From: Candidatus Levyibacteriota bacterium
Lineage (GTDB): Bacteria > Patescibacteriota > Microgenomatia > Levybacterales > UBA12049
Assembly: GCA_016199085.1 (NCBI GenBank)
Contig: JACQHJ010000006.1
Span: forward strand, 1-59,130
DNA length: 59,130 bases
Reading direction: 5' to 3'
A program made the position numbers and the translations under genes. The stretch's first letter is position 1, and every line of letters starts with the position of its first letter. Shown here one piece after another: positions 42,810 to 52,394 of the stretch. The notes beneath the pieces are model-generated. The model was not told the origin of the DNA, did no database searches, and was given only the letters and a program-made list of their open reading frames with translations.

Positions 42810-44444
42810 CTACATTCTCGAAGGCGCAGATACTCCCAAAAGGGTTAGGGTGTTTTTAAGAGTAATTTGAGTTGCTTTCAAAAGCGCTAGCCTTGCTTTA
42901 GTCAACTCCTTGTTATCTGAAATTACCCTATGCGATTCATAGAATTTGTGAAATAGATTGGCAATCTCCAAGGTATAATTACAAAATGCGTTTACCTCCA
43001 AAGACTTACTTACTTCCTCAACAAGATTTGGGAAATTAATAAGGCTTCTGATAAGCTCAATCTCTTCTTTCTCTTTTAGAAGAGGCAGATCCGCATCTGA
43101 AAAGCTTTCTTTTGTGTTTTTAAATACGCTGCAAATCCTGGAATACGCATACTGGACGTAAAAAACTGGATTTTGCGAAGCTTTTTTCTTGGCAAGCTCC
43201 AGGTCAAAATCCATATGGGTCTGGGATCTTGGGGTAAGTAAGAAAAACCTAAACGCATCTACCCCAACTTCATCCAAGACTTCTCTGGCTGTGATAAAAG
43301 TTCCTGCACGCTTGCTCATTTTAACTACCTCGTCTCCCCTTTTAAGCCTTATCCATTGATATAAAATTGCTCTGAAATTATTTATATCAAAACCTAAAGC
43401 CTTAACTACAGCCTGAAGTCTTGGAACGTGCCCGCTGTGATTTGCCCCAAGTACGTCGATAATCTCGTCGTTTTGACTCATTTTCTCGTTGTGATAGACA
43501 ATATCTGAGGCAAAATACGTATATTCTCCGTTAGATTTTCTGACAACGGTTTCCCGGTCTTTTAAAAATTCGTCATTTGGAGCAAACCATAAAGCGCCCT
43601 CATTTTCTTTTAGATAGTTTTTAATCTTGGGAAGGACATTTTCAACTTCTTTTTTCAAATCAGACTCGCTTCTCACTTTGTCAAATATAATTCCCATAGC
43701 TTTACAATCTTTAAGAATCTCTTCAAGCATTAATTCAACTGCAATTTGGCCTGCTTTTTGAATAAAGTCTTCTTGGGAAAGGTCGTCGTGCTTGTCCATT
43801 CTCTCTTCTACCGTTTCTGATAGTTCTTTTACATACTCTCCCTGGTATTGGATTTCTATATTTTCGGATTTTTGATCAGGATGAAGAGTGAAGTAGATTG
43901 CTTCACCTAATCTTTCTACTTGTCCTCCGACGTTATTATGTAGATATTCCCTTACTACCTTGTATCCTGCTTTTTGTAAAACATTAGCAATTGTATCTCC
44001 CAAGGGCCCTCCTCTTGCATTTCCAATGTGAAGTGGTCCTGTCGGATTGGCCGAAACAAACTCTACGCTTACCTTTTTGCCTCTCCCAATCTCCAAAGAA
44101 CCGAAAGAGTCTCCTTTTTCGATGATTTCAGAGATTTCTGAGGCTAGAAAGTTTTTCGAAAAATAGAAGTTGATAAAACCCGGAGCTACTGCTTCTACCT
44201 TTTCAAAGTAATCTTCTAATTCTTTATTTTCTTTTAAACTTTCAACTAAATCTTTGGCGATTTTCAAAGGATTATCTTTAAGTGTTTTTGAAAGTGCAAG
44301 GCCGATATTTGAGGCTAAATCGCCATGTGATTTGTCTTTTGGAATTTCAACTAAAAAGAAAGCTTCTTTTACGCCCAGATCCGTAGCTAAGGATTGTAAT
44401 AATGAGTAAATTTTTTCTTTCGCGTTTTTTGTCATTTTCTTCAT
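42810..44444 (-). CDS. argS: Arginine--tRNA ligase
   Basis: It has the class I HIGH motif (SANPTGPLHIGNARG), a KMSKS-like MSKR, and the C-terminal anticodon-binding DALR-type domain. Confidence 0.95.
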   Translation of the reverse strand: MKKMTKNAKEKIYSLLQSLATDLGVKEAFFLVEIPKDKSHGDLASNIGLALSKTLKDNPLKIAKDLVESLKENKELEDYFEKVEAVAPGFINFYFSKNFLASEISEIIEKGDSFGSLEIGRGKKVSVEFVSANPTGPLHIGNARGGPLGDTIANVLQKAGYKVVREYLHNNVGGQVERLGEAIYFTLHPDQKSENIEIQYQGEYVKELSETVEERMDKHDDLSQEDFIQKAGQIAVELMLEEILKDCKAMGIIFDKVRSESDLKKEVENVLPKIKNYLKENEGALWFAPNDEFLKDRETVVRKSNGEYTYFASDIVYHNEKMSQNDEIIDVLGANHSGHVPRLQAVVKALGFDINNFRAILYQWIRLKRGDEVVKMSKRAGTFITAREVLDEVGVDAFRFFLLTPRSQTHMDFDLELAKKKASQNPVFYVQYAYSRICSVFKNTKESFSDADLPLLKEKEEIELIRSLINFPNLVEEVSKSLEVNAFCNYTLEIANLFHKFYESHRVISDNKELTKARLALLKATQITLKNTLTLLGVSAPSRM

Positions 44445-44532
44445 TTTATCACATTCAAATGAACAAGTTTACTGCACTTGCATTGAAACCTAATATCATA
44501 TAAGATATACACTATACTATAAGTCTTTATAT

Positions 44533-44892
44533 ATGACAGGTTTATTTACATTTTTATTTTCAATCTGGCTCGGGTACATTCTCTTTCTTTACTTTTCTCA
44601 TCCAAGTAAGAAAAAGCATAAGGTTCCCCAGGTCAGAGTCTGGCGAATTGAGATTTTGCCAAATATCAGAATTCATTCAAGATCAAAGACATATCATATT
44701 CACCATTGGGTAATTCTTTCCATGCTTACGGCTATTACTCTTTTAAACTATGAAGGATTCCAGTATTTAACCATAGTTAAGGGAATGGCAATCGGAGGCA
44801 TAATTCAGGGGCTACGTTATCCTGACAGATTCAAGTTCAGACACCATAAGAAGCTATCGCCTAGTTTCAGTAGGTCAAGAAAAAGCCTCTAA
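44533..44892 (+). CDS. Small hypothetical membrane protein
   Basis: 119 aa with 2-3 hydrophobic helices and a basic C-terminal tail. Confidence 0.3.
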   Translation: MTGLFTFLFSIWLGYILFLYFSHPSKKKHKVPQVRVWRIEILPNIRIHSRSKTYHIHHWVILSMLTAITLLNYEGFQYLTIVKGMAIGGIIQGLRYPDRFKFRHHKKLSPSFSRSRKSL

Positions 44893-45746
44893 TCTACTCT
44901 CCAGAAAGTCTTTCCATTGGTAATTATCTCTATTTCTCCTTCTTTATCCGTTCTTAGTATTTCCGTCTTATATTTAGAAAGTAAATCCAAGGCTTCTTTA
45001 GTAGGATGGCCGTATCTATTACCCTTACCTACGCTTATTATTGAAATCTCAGGCAAAACCTGGCTTAGGAAATAATCACTCATGCCGGTCTTAGACCCAT
45101 GGTGAGGCACCTTAAGAAGGTCCACGTCGCCAGCAATAGCTGCTATCTGGTCTTCTACTACTTTGCCCGCGTCGCCTGTTAAAAGAGCTCTGAAATTACC
45201 ATATTGCAAAACCTGGATAATTGAATATTCGTTGACCACTGAGTAGTTTTTAGGATTTAGTTTCTGGGTAGCCTCAGAAGAAGGCCAGATAACGTTTGAA
45301 AAGCTTCCGTCTGAAAAGTCGATCTTATCATTTGCAAAGACGTATTTTAGGCTTAAACCTTCATTTTTCAAAGCTTTTAAAAATTTCTTATAAATCCCCG
45401 TGTCTTTGGAAGTTTTAGAAGTAACAAAGTTAAGCACATTATATCTTTCTAGTACACTTACCAGCCCGGTGAGATGATCTGCGTCAGGATGAGTCAGAAT
45501 TACAAGCTCAATATCCCTATCCCAAAAAGGCATATTGCTGCCCAAACAATCTAAAACTTTGTCTGACGGTCCTGCGTCAACCAAAATATCTTTGCCGGAA
45601 GGGGTCTTAATATAGATTGAGTCTCCCTGCCCTACGTCACAGACGACCAAATGCAGGTTTTTATCATTATTAACACTTTCTTGGTAAAAGAATATGCCTA
45701 AAAGAGCAAAAAAACTGGCGATGGTTAAAAACAAATAGTTTTTCAT
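44889..45746 (-). CDS. ComEC C-terminal module: TM helix plus metallo-beta-lactamase domain (separate gene)
   Basis: LVVCDVGQGDSIYIKTPSGKDILVDAGP, LTHPDADHLTG and VPHHGSK are MBL/ComEC motifs. The start is set at MKNYL, whose ATG overlaps the upstream gene's TGA (ATGA at 45743-45746). Confidence 0.8.
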   Translation of the reverse strand: MKNYLFLTIASFFALLGIFFYQESVNNDKNLHLVVCDVGQGDSIYIKTPSGKDILVDAGPSDKVLDCLGSNMPFWDRDIELVILTHPDADHLTGLVSVLERYNVLNFVTSKTSKDTGIYKKFLKALKNEGLSLKYVFANDKIDFSDGSFSNVIWPSSEATQKLNPKNYSVVNEYSIIQVLQYGNFRALLTGDAGKVVEDQIAAIAGDVDLLKVPHHGSKTGMSDYFLSQVLPEISIISVGKGNRYGHPTKEALDLLSKYKTEILRTDKEGEIEIITNGKTFWRVD

Positions 45747-46960
45747 TTTCTGACTTTGAAGACTATTATACTGGTTAGTAGTAGATAATATGAGAGAGTA
45801 AATGGCCAAGGTAGACTTTCAACAGCAAAACTCTGTTTAAGATTGCCAAAGACAGTTACAATACTTTCAAAAAAGTATAAAAAGGGAAGGCAAAGATATA
45901 GAATTAATGACGAGGCTAAAGGAAAAACAAAGCTAAAAAAAGCAGCAACTGCTCCTAAGATCATAAGAATTGGCACTGTCCAAAGAATAAGACCGTTTAC
46001 GACAATTGACCAAAGCGAATAATTGCCAAAATTGGAAACCAGGATAGGAAGTGTTGCCAGTTGTGCAGAAAAGGTTGTAATAAAACTTTCTGTAAAGCTG
46101 TTTTGGATCTTTTTGAAAATGTTTGGGATATATAAAAGCCCTAGAGTTGCGGCAAAAGAAAGCTGAAATCCGGTATCAACCAGAAAATCAGGTCTTACCA
46201 AAAACATAAAAAAGGCTGTTATTAAAAGCGTATTTAAAGCAAAAGTCTGTCTTCCCAAAGCTTGGGCGCTAAAAACTATTGTTCCCATAATGGCAGCTCT
46301 GACAATTGATGCTTCAAAACCGGCTAAACCGGTATAGAAAAATATTCCCAAAACCGATAATAGAATTGCAGTCTGCCTTCTAAAGAAAGCTCCGAAGATA
46401 TAAAACAAAAATCCCGAAACCATTGTCACATTCATTCCGGATGCTGCAATTACGTGCATTACTCCTGTTATCTGGATATCTTCCAAAAACTCTTTGGGAA
46501 GGTTTTCCTTTATACCAAAGACAATGCCTAGCATCAGTCCTGCAGAAACAGGATCTAAATTTGATTTGAAATTAGCTATGATTTTTTGGCGAATCGAATA
46601 AACGACTGCTAAAGGCAATACATTTTCACGAAAATTTGCTTCAATTTTAGGATGGTCAAGCGTGAAAATAGTGGATCTATCATTTAGCAATATCGTTTTG
46701 AGTCTGCCAGATACTTTTATATAATCTCCGTATGCTAGATTTCTATCCACGTCTGTTTTTATAAGAACTTTATTTAACGCGTCAATATTTACATAAACTG
46801 TTTGATAGTACGAAGAGAATTTGGGATTTGAGTCAATCTGGGTGGTAAAAATTATATCTTCCCCTTGTTTATAAGTTTTCTGGCTTTGGTAGAAAGTAAT
46901 TAATCTGAAAGACAAAATTACAATACAAACCGCATAGACCGCAAGAAATGGCTTACTCAT
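45743..46960 (-). CDS. ComEC N-terminal module: DUF4131-like OB region plus polytopic competence channel domain
   Basis: 405 aa. An N-terminal anchor and beta-rich region are followed by about 8 TM helices carrying the competence-domain pattern (GVMHVIAASGMNV...GFQLSFAAT). Confidence 0.8.
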   Translation of the reverse strand: MSKPFLAVYAVCIVILSFRLITFYQSQKTYKQGEDIIFTTQIDSNPKFSSYYQTVYVNIDALNKVLIKTDVDRNLAYGDYIKVSGRLKTILLNDRSTIFTLDHPKIEANFRENVLPLAVVYSIRQKIIANFKSNLDPVSAGLMLGIVFGIKENLPKEFLEDIQITGVMHVIAASGMNVTMVSGFLFYIFGAFFRRQTAILLSVLGIFFYTGLAGFEASIVRAAIMGTIVFSAQALGRQTFALNTLLITAFFMFLVRPDFLVDTGFQLSFAATLGLLYIPNIFKKIQNSFTESFITTFSAQLATLPILVSNFGNYSLWSIVVNGLILWTVPILMILGAVAAFFSFVFPLASSLILYLCLPFLYFFESIVTVFGNLKQSFAVESLPWPFTLSYYLLLTSIIVFKVRK

Positions 46961-46967
46961 AAATTAG

Positions 46968-47579
46968 CTAATAAGCAGATATTTTGTCCTTAATCTGGTC
47001 AAAAACCTTTTGGGAAACAACTTTTTTAGTCAATAAATCGTCTGTCTGGCTATATGGCCTGTTGTTGATTATCTTTTCAGCCGTGACAGGTCCGATTCCC
47101 GGCAGAGTATCTAACTCAGATTCCAAAGCAGAGTTAATGTTAATTACGGCTGGGACAGTATCGGAAACCGTTGAGCCTAAAACAGAAGACGAAATAGATT
47201 CACCGATTCTTGGAATATAGATCTTTTGAGAATCAGTAAGTTTTAAGGCAAGGTTGAGGTTTTTAGAAACCCAGTCTCTGTCTGCCGAAGCTGAAAGACC
47301 TCCTGCTAAAGCTAGGCCGTCTTGGACTATTGAGCCTTGTTTTAGCCTGTATACGCCTGGGTTTGTGACTTCCCCTTCTATATCAACTGTTAAGAGGTTT
47401 TCCGAAGCTGTTTGAGTGTTGGAATTTGTCTGAATTTTAATATCTCCTGAAGACTTACTCTGACCCAAAAAAGCTATCAAACCATATACAAAGAATATCA
47501 AACCAAGTAGGGCTAGAGAAAGGGGTAACCAATGTTTTCTTAAAACATCCTTCCACTTTTCGGATAACTGACTATCCAT
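46968..47579 (-). CDS. comEA: ComEA-like DNA receptor (SLBB plus helix-hairpin-helix)
   Basis: It has a TM anchor, an SLBB-like segment (GEVTNPGVYRLKQGSIVQDGLALAGG) and an HhH motif (ININSALESELDTLPGIGPVTAEKII). Confidence 0.85.
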   Translation of the reverse strand: MDSQLSEKWKDVLRKHWLPLSLALLGLIFFVYGLIAFLGQSKSSGDIKIQTNSNTQTASENLLTVDIEGEVTNPGVYRLKQGSIVQDGLALAGGLSASADRDWVSKNLNLALKLTDSQKIYIPRIGESISSSVLGSTVSDTVPAVININSALESELDTLPGIGPVTAEKIINNRPYSQTDDLLTKKVVSQKVFDQIKDKISAY

Positions 47580-47580
47580 T

Positions 47581-49839
47581 TTAAACTACAAAATTAATGA
47601 TTTTACCTTCTATGTATATTACCTTCTTTATAGCACTGGTTAGGTATTTTGCCACCTTTTGACTACTTTTAGCCTCATTTTCGACCTTTTCCTGGGATTT
47701 TATAAATTCTCTTTTCACGACAATTGCGTCCCTAAGTTTACCGTTAACCTGAACTGCTATATTTACCGAATCTGAAATTAAGTATTTAGATTGAAATACC
47801 GGCCAATCTTCTAAATGAACAGAGTTAGCATTTGGATTTAACAAGTGCCAAAGCTCATCCGTGATGTGGGGCGCAAAAGGCGCTAAAAGCCTAAGTAATG
47901 TCTTATACTCCTCACTTGTAACAGTCTTTTTGGAAGTTAAATGGTTTAACCAGATCATTAAACTAGATACTGCCGTATTAAACGCTAAATTCTCAAGGTC
48001 AACGCCTACCTTTTTAATTGCCTGGTGCATTTTAGAAAGGTCCTGCCTGGAAAGCTCTCCCTTATCTACTTTTTCTAAAAGATCCCAGGCTCTTTTTAAA
48101 AATTTATAGACTCCGCCTATGGCTGTAGGCGACCAAGGCGATGTTGCTTCGTAGGGCATCATAAAACAAAGATAGAGTCTGACCGTATCTGCACCGTATT
48201 CTTTGACTACGTCGTCAGGACTGACTACATTTCCCCTTGATTTACTCATTCTGTCTCCGTCAGGTCCTAATATTACTCCGTGCTGGATTCTTTTTTTGGC
48301 AAACTCGTCAAATTCTAGAAGACCAAGTTCCTTGAAAAACTTTGTGAAAAACCTCGCATAAAGTGTGTGACCCAAAGTGTGTTCCGAGCCTCCGAAATAG
48401 ACGTCTACAGGCATAAGCTTAGCTACTTCTTTTGGATCAAAAGGACCTTTATGAAACTCAGGAGACACATAGCGGTAGTAATACCAGGCGCTGTCAAAGA
48501 AAGTATCCAAGGTTTCGGCATCTCTTTTAGCCTCACCGCCACACTTTGGACACTTCACGTTTAGCCATTTCTCATCTGAAGCCAAAGGCGGCTTTCCTTT
48601 AGGCGTATAGTCAACATTATATGGCAGCTCAACGGGTAAGTCTTTTTCCGGTACAGGCACCAAACCGCACTTTTCACAATGTATTATCGGCACGGGCGTT
48701 CCCCAGTATCTTTGTCTTGAGATTGACCAGTCTCTTAAATGGTAGTTAATTGTCTTTTCACCTTTGGGTTTAGCGTTAAATTTAGTTTCTATAATGGGAA
48801 GATTGAATTTTTGGGCAAACTCCCTATCTCTCTCGTCTACATATGGAACTGCCATAATAGCACCAGTACCATAACCTGCTAAAACATAATCTGATATCCA
48901 GACAGGGACATCTTTTCCGGTTACAGGGTTTTTCACATACTTTCCTGAAAATACTCCTGATTTTGTTCTATCTTCTTTTCTTTCCATCTCTGTTTTTTTA
49001 GAAGCAGCTAAAACGTAATCTTCAACTTCTTTGGTCTTAGAAAGATTTTTCACAAACTCATGCTCAGGCGCAACAACGAGAAATGTTGCTCCATCAATCG
49101 TTTCAGGTTTGGTTGTAAAAACTTCTATTCCCGAAAAGTCAATCAACATTCCCTCTGATTTTCCTATCCAGTTGTTTTGTCCTTCAATTACCTGTTTTGG
49201 CCAATCAGCCTGAGGTGGATTTTTCCAGATTAAACTTTCTGCGTATTTGGTGATGGCCAAAAACCATTGCTCTACTTCTTTTTGAACTACTTCTGCTCCG
49301 CATCTCCAGCATTTACCAGCTTCTATATGTTCGTTAGCCAGTACAGTCTGATCTGTTGGGCACCAGTTTGATAGTGCAATTCCACGGTAGGCAATTCCCT
49401 TTTCAAACATTTTTAGAAATATCCACTGGTTCCATCTGTAAAAATCCGGAAGACAAGTAATTGTAGAATGAGTCCAGTCAATCATCGTTCCCATAATGTC
49501 AAACTGGGTACGCATTACTTCAATATTTTTCATTGTCCAATCCCGAGGGTGAATTCCCCGTTTTATCGCTGCATTTTCAGCCGGAAGGCCGAATGCATCA
49601 AAGCCGTTTGGATAAAAAACATTAAAGCCCGACATTTTCTTAAAACGGGCATGGACATCAGCAGGAACAAAGGCAAACCAATGACCAAGATGGAGATCGC
49701 CTGAGGGATACGGAAGTTCTACGAGGTTATAGTATTTTTGTTTTTTAGGATCATCTTTAAACTCAAAGGAGTTTTGTTTTTTCCAGTTTTCTCTCCATTT
49801 AGCTTCAATTTTGTCTGCAAAATATCTTCCCTGTTTCAT
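47581..49839 (-). CDS. leuS: Leucine--tRNA ligase
   Basis: It has HIGH (PYPSGDLHLGHW), the CP1 editing-domain marker (FTTKPETIDGATF...YGTGAIMAVPYVDERD) and KMSKS (RMSKSRGN). Confidence 0.95.
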   Translation of the reverse strand: MKQGRYFADKIEAKWRENWKKQNSFEFKDDPKKQKYYNLVELPYPSGDLHLGHWFAFVPADVHARFKKMSGFNVFYPNGFDAFGLPAENAAIKRGIHPRDWTMKNIEVMRTQFDIMGTMIDWTHSTITCLPDFYRWNQWIFLKMFEKGIAYRGIALSNWCPTDQTVLANEHIEAGKCWRCGAEVVQKEVEQWFLAITKYAESLIWKNPPQADWPKQVIEGQNNWIGKSEGMLIDFSGIEVFTTKPETIDGATFLVVAPEHEFVKNLSKTKEVEDYVLAASKKTEMERKEDRTKSGVFSGKYVKNPVTGKDVPVWISDYVLAGYGTGAIMAVPYVDERDREFAQKFNLPIIETKFNAKPKGEKTINYHLRDWSISRQRYWGTPVPIIHCEKCGLVPVPEKDLPVELPYNVDYTPKGKPPLASDEKWLNVKCPKCGGEAKRDAETLDTFFDSAWYYYRYVSPEFHKGPFDPKEVAKLMPVDVYFGGSEHTLGHTLYARFFTKFFKELGLLEFDEFAKKRIQHGVILGPDGDRMSKSRGNVVSPDDVVKEYGADTVRLYLCFMMPYEATSPWSPTAIGGVYKFLKRAWDLLEKVDKGELSRQDLSKMHQAIKKVGVDLENLAFNTAVSSLMIWLNHLTSKKTVTSEEYKTLLRLLAPFAPHITDELWHLLNPNANSVHLEDWPVFQSKYLISDSVNIAVQVNGKLRDAIVVKREFIKSQEKVENEAKSSQKVAKYLTSAIKKVIYIEGKIINFVV

Positions 49840-49897
49840 AACCTAAAGTATAGCATATAGACTTGAAGTTTTACTATAAATTCCCTAGTATAAATAT

Positions 49898-50530
49898 ATG
49901 AAGGCTTTTCTAGAACCCTTAGTAATCATCGCCTCTTTTATTACCGTTTTTATCTGGCAAGAAAGCCCCTTAAAGGATTATACTGTCCAGCTTTTAGGTC
50001 TTTTTATAGTCTTGTATTTTATAGTTTCGGCAAGAAAAGGAGGAAAAGGCTTTTTAACTTTGGGAGGAGAAGGATTTATGGGTGTTTTTATCTTAAACAC
50101 GCTTATTTTTCTTCTCATTTTCTCAACAGGAGGCTTACAAAGCGCTCTTTTCTTTGTTCTTTACTTCCTTTCATTTGGCATAGCTTTTGTCTTTGATCCT
50201 AAAAATGTTTTTGTTTTTATACTCGGAGGTATACTTATCTTTTATCCCGAGATCCAAATGGGAGATTTGACGAGTAACCTATTAAAGATTGGCTCCTTAG
50301 CTTTAATTTCTCCTCTTGCCTACTTTTTCGGAAGAGAATACAGAAGATCTGATCAGCAAGATGAAAAAGTTAATGCCCTTAAAGATCGAACCAAAGAAGC
50401 CGCAGATACGATATCAGAAGACATTGAAGAAGTCATAGAAGAAGAAAAGGGAAGCCTAAAAGAGAAAGACGTAGAAAAGCTAAACGAAGTCTTGGAAGAA
50501 ACAGAAGATCTTCGAAGCGAGTCGAAATGA
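49898..50530 (+). CDS. Polytopic membrane protein with an acidic coiled-coil tail; first gene of the surface cluster
   Basis: 210 aa with about 5 TM helices and a C-terminal Glu/Asp/Lys-rich tail of about 60 aa. Its stop overlaps the next gene's start (ATGA at 50527-50530). Confidence 0.45.
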   Translation: MKAFLEPLVIIASFITVFIWQESPLKDYTVQLLGLFIVLYFIVSARKGGKGFLTLGGEGFMGVFILNTLIFLLIFSTGGLQSALFFVLYFLSFGIAFVFDPKNVFVFILGGILIFYPEIQMGDLTSNLLKIGSLALISPLAYFFGREYRRSDQQDEKVNALKDRTKEAADTISEDIEEVIEEEKGSLKEKDVEKLNEVLEETEDLRSESK

Positions 50531-51261
50531 ACAGCTTTAAATATTTCTTGTTTTTAGTAATTTTACCCCTTATCTACCTTTCTTTATATATTGGGGCAAG
50601 CTTTGCCCAGACAATGTCAAACGACGACTACACAGTCCAAATGGGAAATTTAAACAGCATTTCAGGAAGAGCTTCGGGGTCGGGTAAAAACCTAACTTTC
50701 ACCTCGGGAGAAACAGGAGCGCATCTTTTCACAGGCACAAACTATAAAGTCAGGGCAGGTTTTCAATATATTAACTCCATTATTCCCTTTACTTTCTCAA
50801 TCTCGAGTATCTTTATTGATTTTGGCATAATCAACCCGACCACTCCGGTTACAAGAACGAATGACTTAACGGTTTCCTTTGGCTCTGCCCACGGATACCA
50901 GGTAACAGCTTCGCAAAACCACAATCTAAGGGCAGACGCAACCGGATTTGATATTCCGCCAACAACCTGTGACTCCGGCACCTGTACGACAACAACTGCC
51001 GCAGCCTGGACAAGCTCCCTAGTCTACGGCTTTGGCTACAGATGCGACAACATAACCGGGACTGATTGCGACAGCGGTTTTGCAACTGCTGATTTTTATA
51101 AGCAGTTTATCTCTTCTCCTTCGGCGGTTTCGGTAATGAGCTCGTTAAATGTTGGAAGAAACAGAAAAGGACGAATAACTTATAAAGTAAACGTCGCCGG
51201 AACCCAACCTTCAGGACTATATACAAATATAATTAACTATATAGCAACAGCTACATTTTAA
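50527..51261 (+). CDS. Secreted beta-rich subunit A (WxL-like architecture, 4 Cys)
   Basis: It has a signal peptide ending ASFAQ. It is Thr/Ser/Gly/Asn-rich and contains the internal motif HGYQVTAS and two Cys pairs (TTCDSGTC, YRCDNITGTDC). The extreme C-terminus reads GLYTNIINYIATATF. Confidence 0.55.
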   Translation: MNSFKYFLFLVILPLIYLSLYIGASFAQTMSNDDYTVQMGNLNSISGRASGSGKNLTFTSGETGAHLFTGTNYKVRAGFQYINSIIPFTFSISSIFIDFGIINPTTPVTRTNDLTVSFGSAHGYQVTASQNHNLRADATGFDIPPTTCDSGTCTTTTAAAWTSSLVYGFGYRCDNITGTDCDSGFATADFYKQFISSPSAVSVMSSLNVGRNRKGRITYKVNVAGTQPSGLYTNIINYIATATF

Positions 51262-52265
51262 TGAAAAACAATATATTTTTAACAACAATTATAACGCTAA
51301 GTTTTATAGCCTTTAGCTTATTTTTGATAAGAGAAATATCTTTCGCCCAAAACGTTTCCATAGGAGTTTATCCCCCTATTATGCAGATGGATACTACGCC
51401 ACCGGCCAATCCTAAAGCTGACTTTTTCTTAACTAATCCGTCTGACCAAAGCCTAGAACTTAGTATTTCCTACAAACCTTTTAAACCAAAAGGAACCAAA
51501 AACGGCGAGATCGAGTTATCCGATGATCTGTCTTCCTTTCCCGATCCTTTGTTTGTAAACAGGGTTAAGATTTTAGAAGAAGACGAACCGGTAAAATCTG
51601 TTGTCCTTTCTCCAAAGCAAAATAAAAAACTTACGCTTGAATTACAGCTTCCACCTAACGAGCAAAAAGGAGATTATTACTTTACGATTCTTTTTAGCAG
51701 TAGGCCAACAACGAATATAAAAGCAAACTCAAGCCTTTTGTATCCGACAATCGGCATGAATGTCTTACTTACGGTTGGGCCTAAGGGAAAAACCGAAGGT
51801 TATATCTCAAGGTTTAGCGTTCCCCTCTTTGTCGACAGCGGTCCGGTTGTCTTTAATGTAGAAATCGCAAACAGAAGCGATCATTTCATTTCCCCAACCT
51901 CTGAAATTACAATTAAAAACCTGACAACGGGTAAAAAAGATATTGTCAGTTTACTTCCTGTTAATATTCTGGCTAATACGGTAAGGGCCATTCCCGACTC
52001 GCTGCAGGCTGAAGTAGGTTCAAGCGAATACGAGAAAATAAGAGACATTGTTGAAAGACAGGATTCTCCTGTAGCTGTATATCCCAAAAAATTTCTCTTG
52101 GGCTTTTACAACGCGACCTTAAATGTTTCCCTAGAAGAAACGCAAACCAAATTTACCAAATCCATTACCTTTTTTGCTTTTCCTATAAGTTTATTACTTG
52201 GCATAGTTGTCCTTTTAGGGATAGTTGTCTTTATAGTGTTAAGGGTAAGAAAGAAGATTTCCTAA
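51261..52265 (+). CDS. Membrane-anchored two-domain beta-sandwich-like partner A (DUF916/DUF3324-like architecture)
   Basis: It has a signal peptide ending SFAQ. Motifs are LQLPPNEQKGDYYFTILF and NRSDHFISPTSEITI. A C-terminal TM helix is followed by an RVRKKIS tail. Its start overlaps the upstream stop (TAATG). Confidence 0.55.
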   Translation: MKNNIFLTTIITLSFIAFSLFLIREISFAQNVSIGVYPPIMQMDTTPPANPKADFFLTNPSDQSLELSISYKPFKPKGTKNGEIELSDDLSSFPDPLFVNRVKILEEDEPVKSVVLSPKQNKKLTLELQLPPNEQKGDYYFTILFSSRPTTNIKANSSLLYPTIGMNVLLTVGPKGKTEGYISRFSVPLFVDSGPVVFNVEIANRSDHFISPTSEITIKNLTTGKKDIVSLLPVNILANTVRAIPDSLQAEVGSSEYEKIRDIVERQDSPVAVYPKKFLLGFYNATLNVSLEETQTKFTKSITFFAFPISLLLGIVVLLGIVVFIVLRVRKKIS

Positions 52266-52394
52266 AGTTAGTCTTAGTTTGTAAGGAAAATTACAAAAAC
52301 TATTTGACAAATGTCATTTAATTGTTAATACTTATTCTATTAGTATTATTGTGTAGATATTTAATCATTTATTGAATATTCTAGGCTCAGTTAT

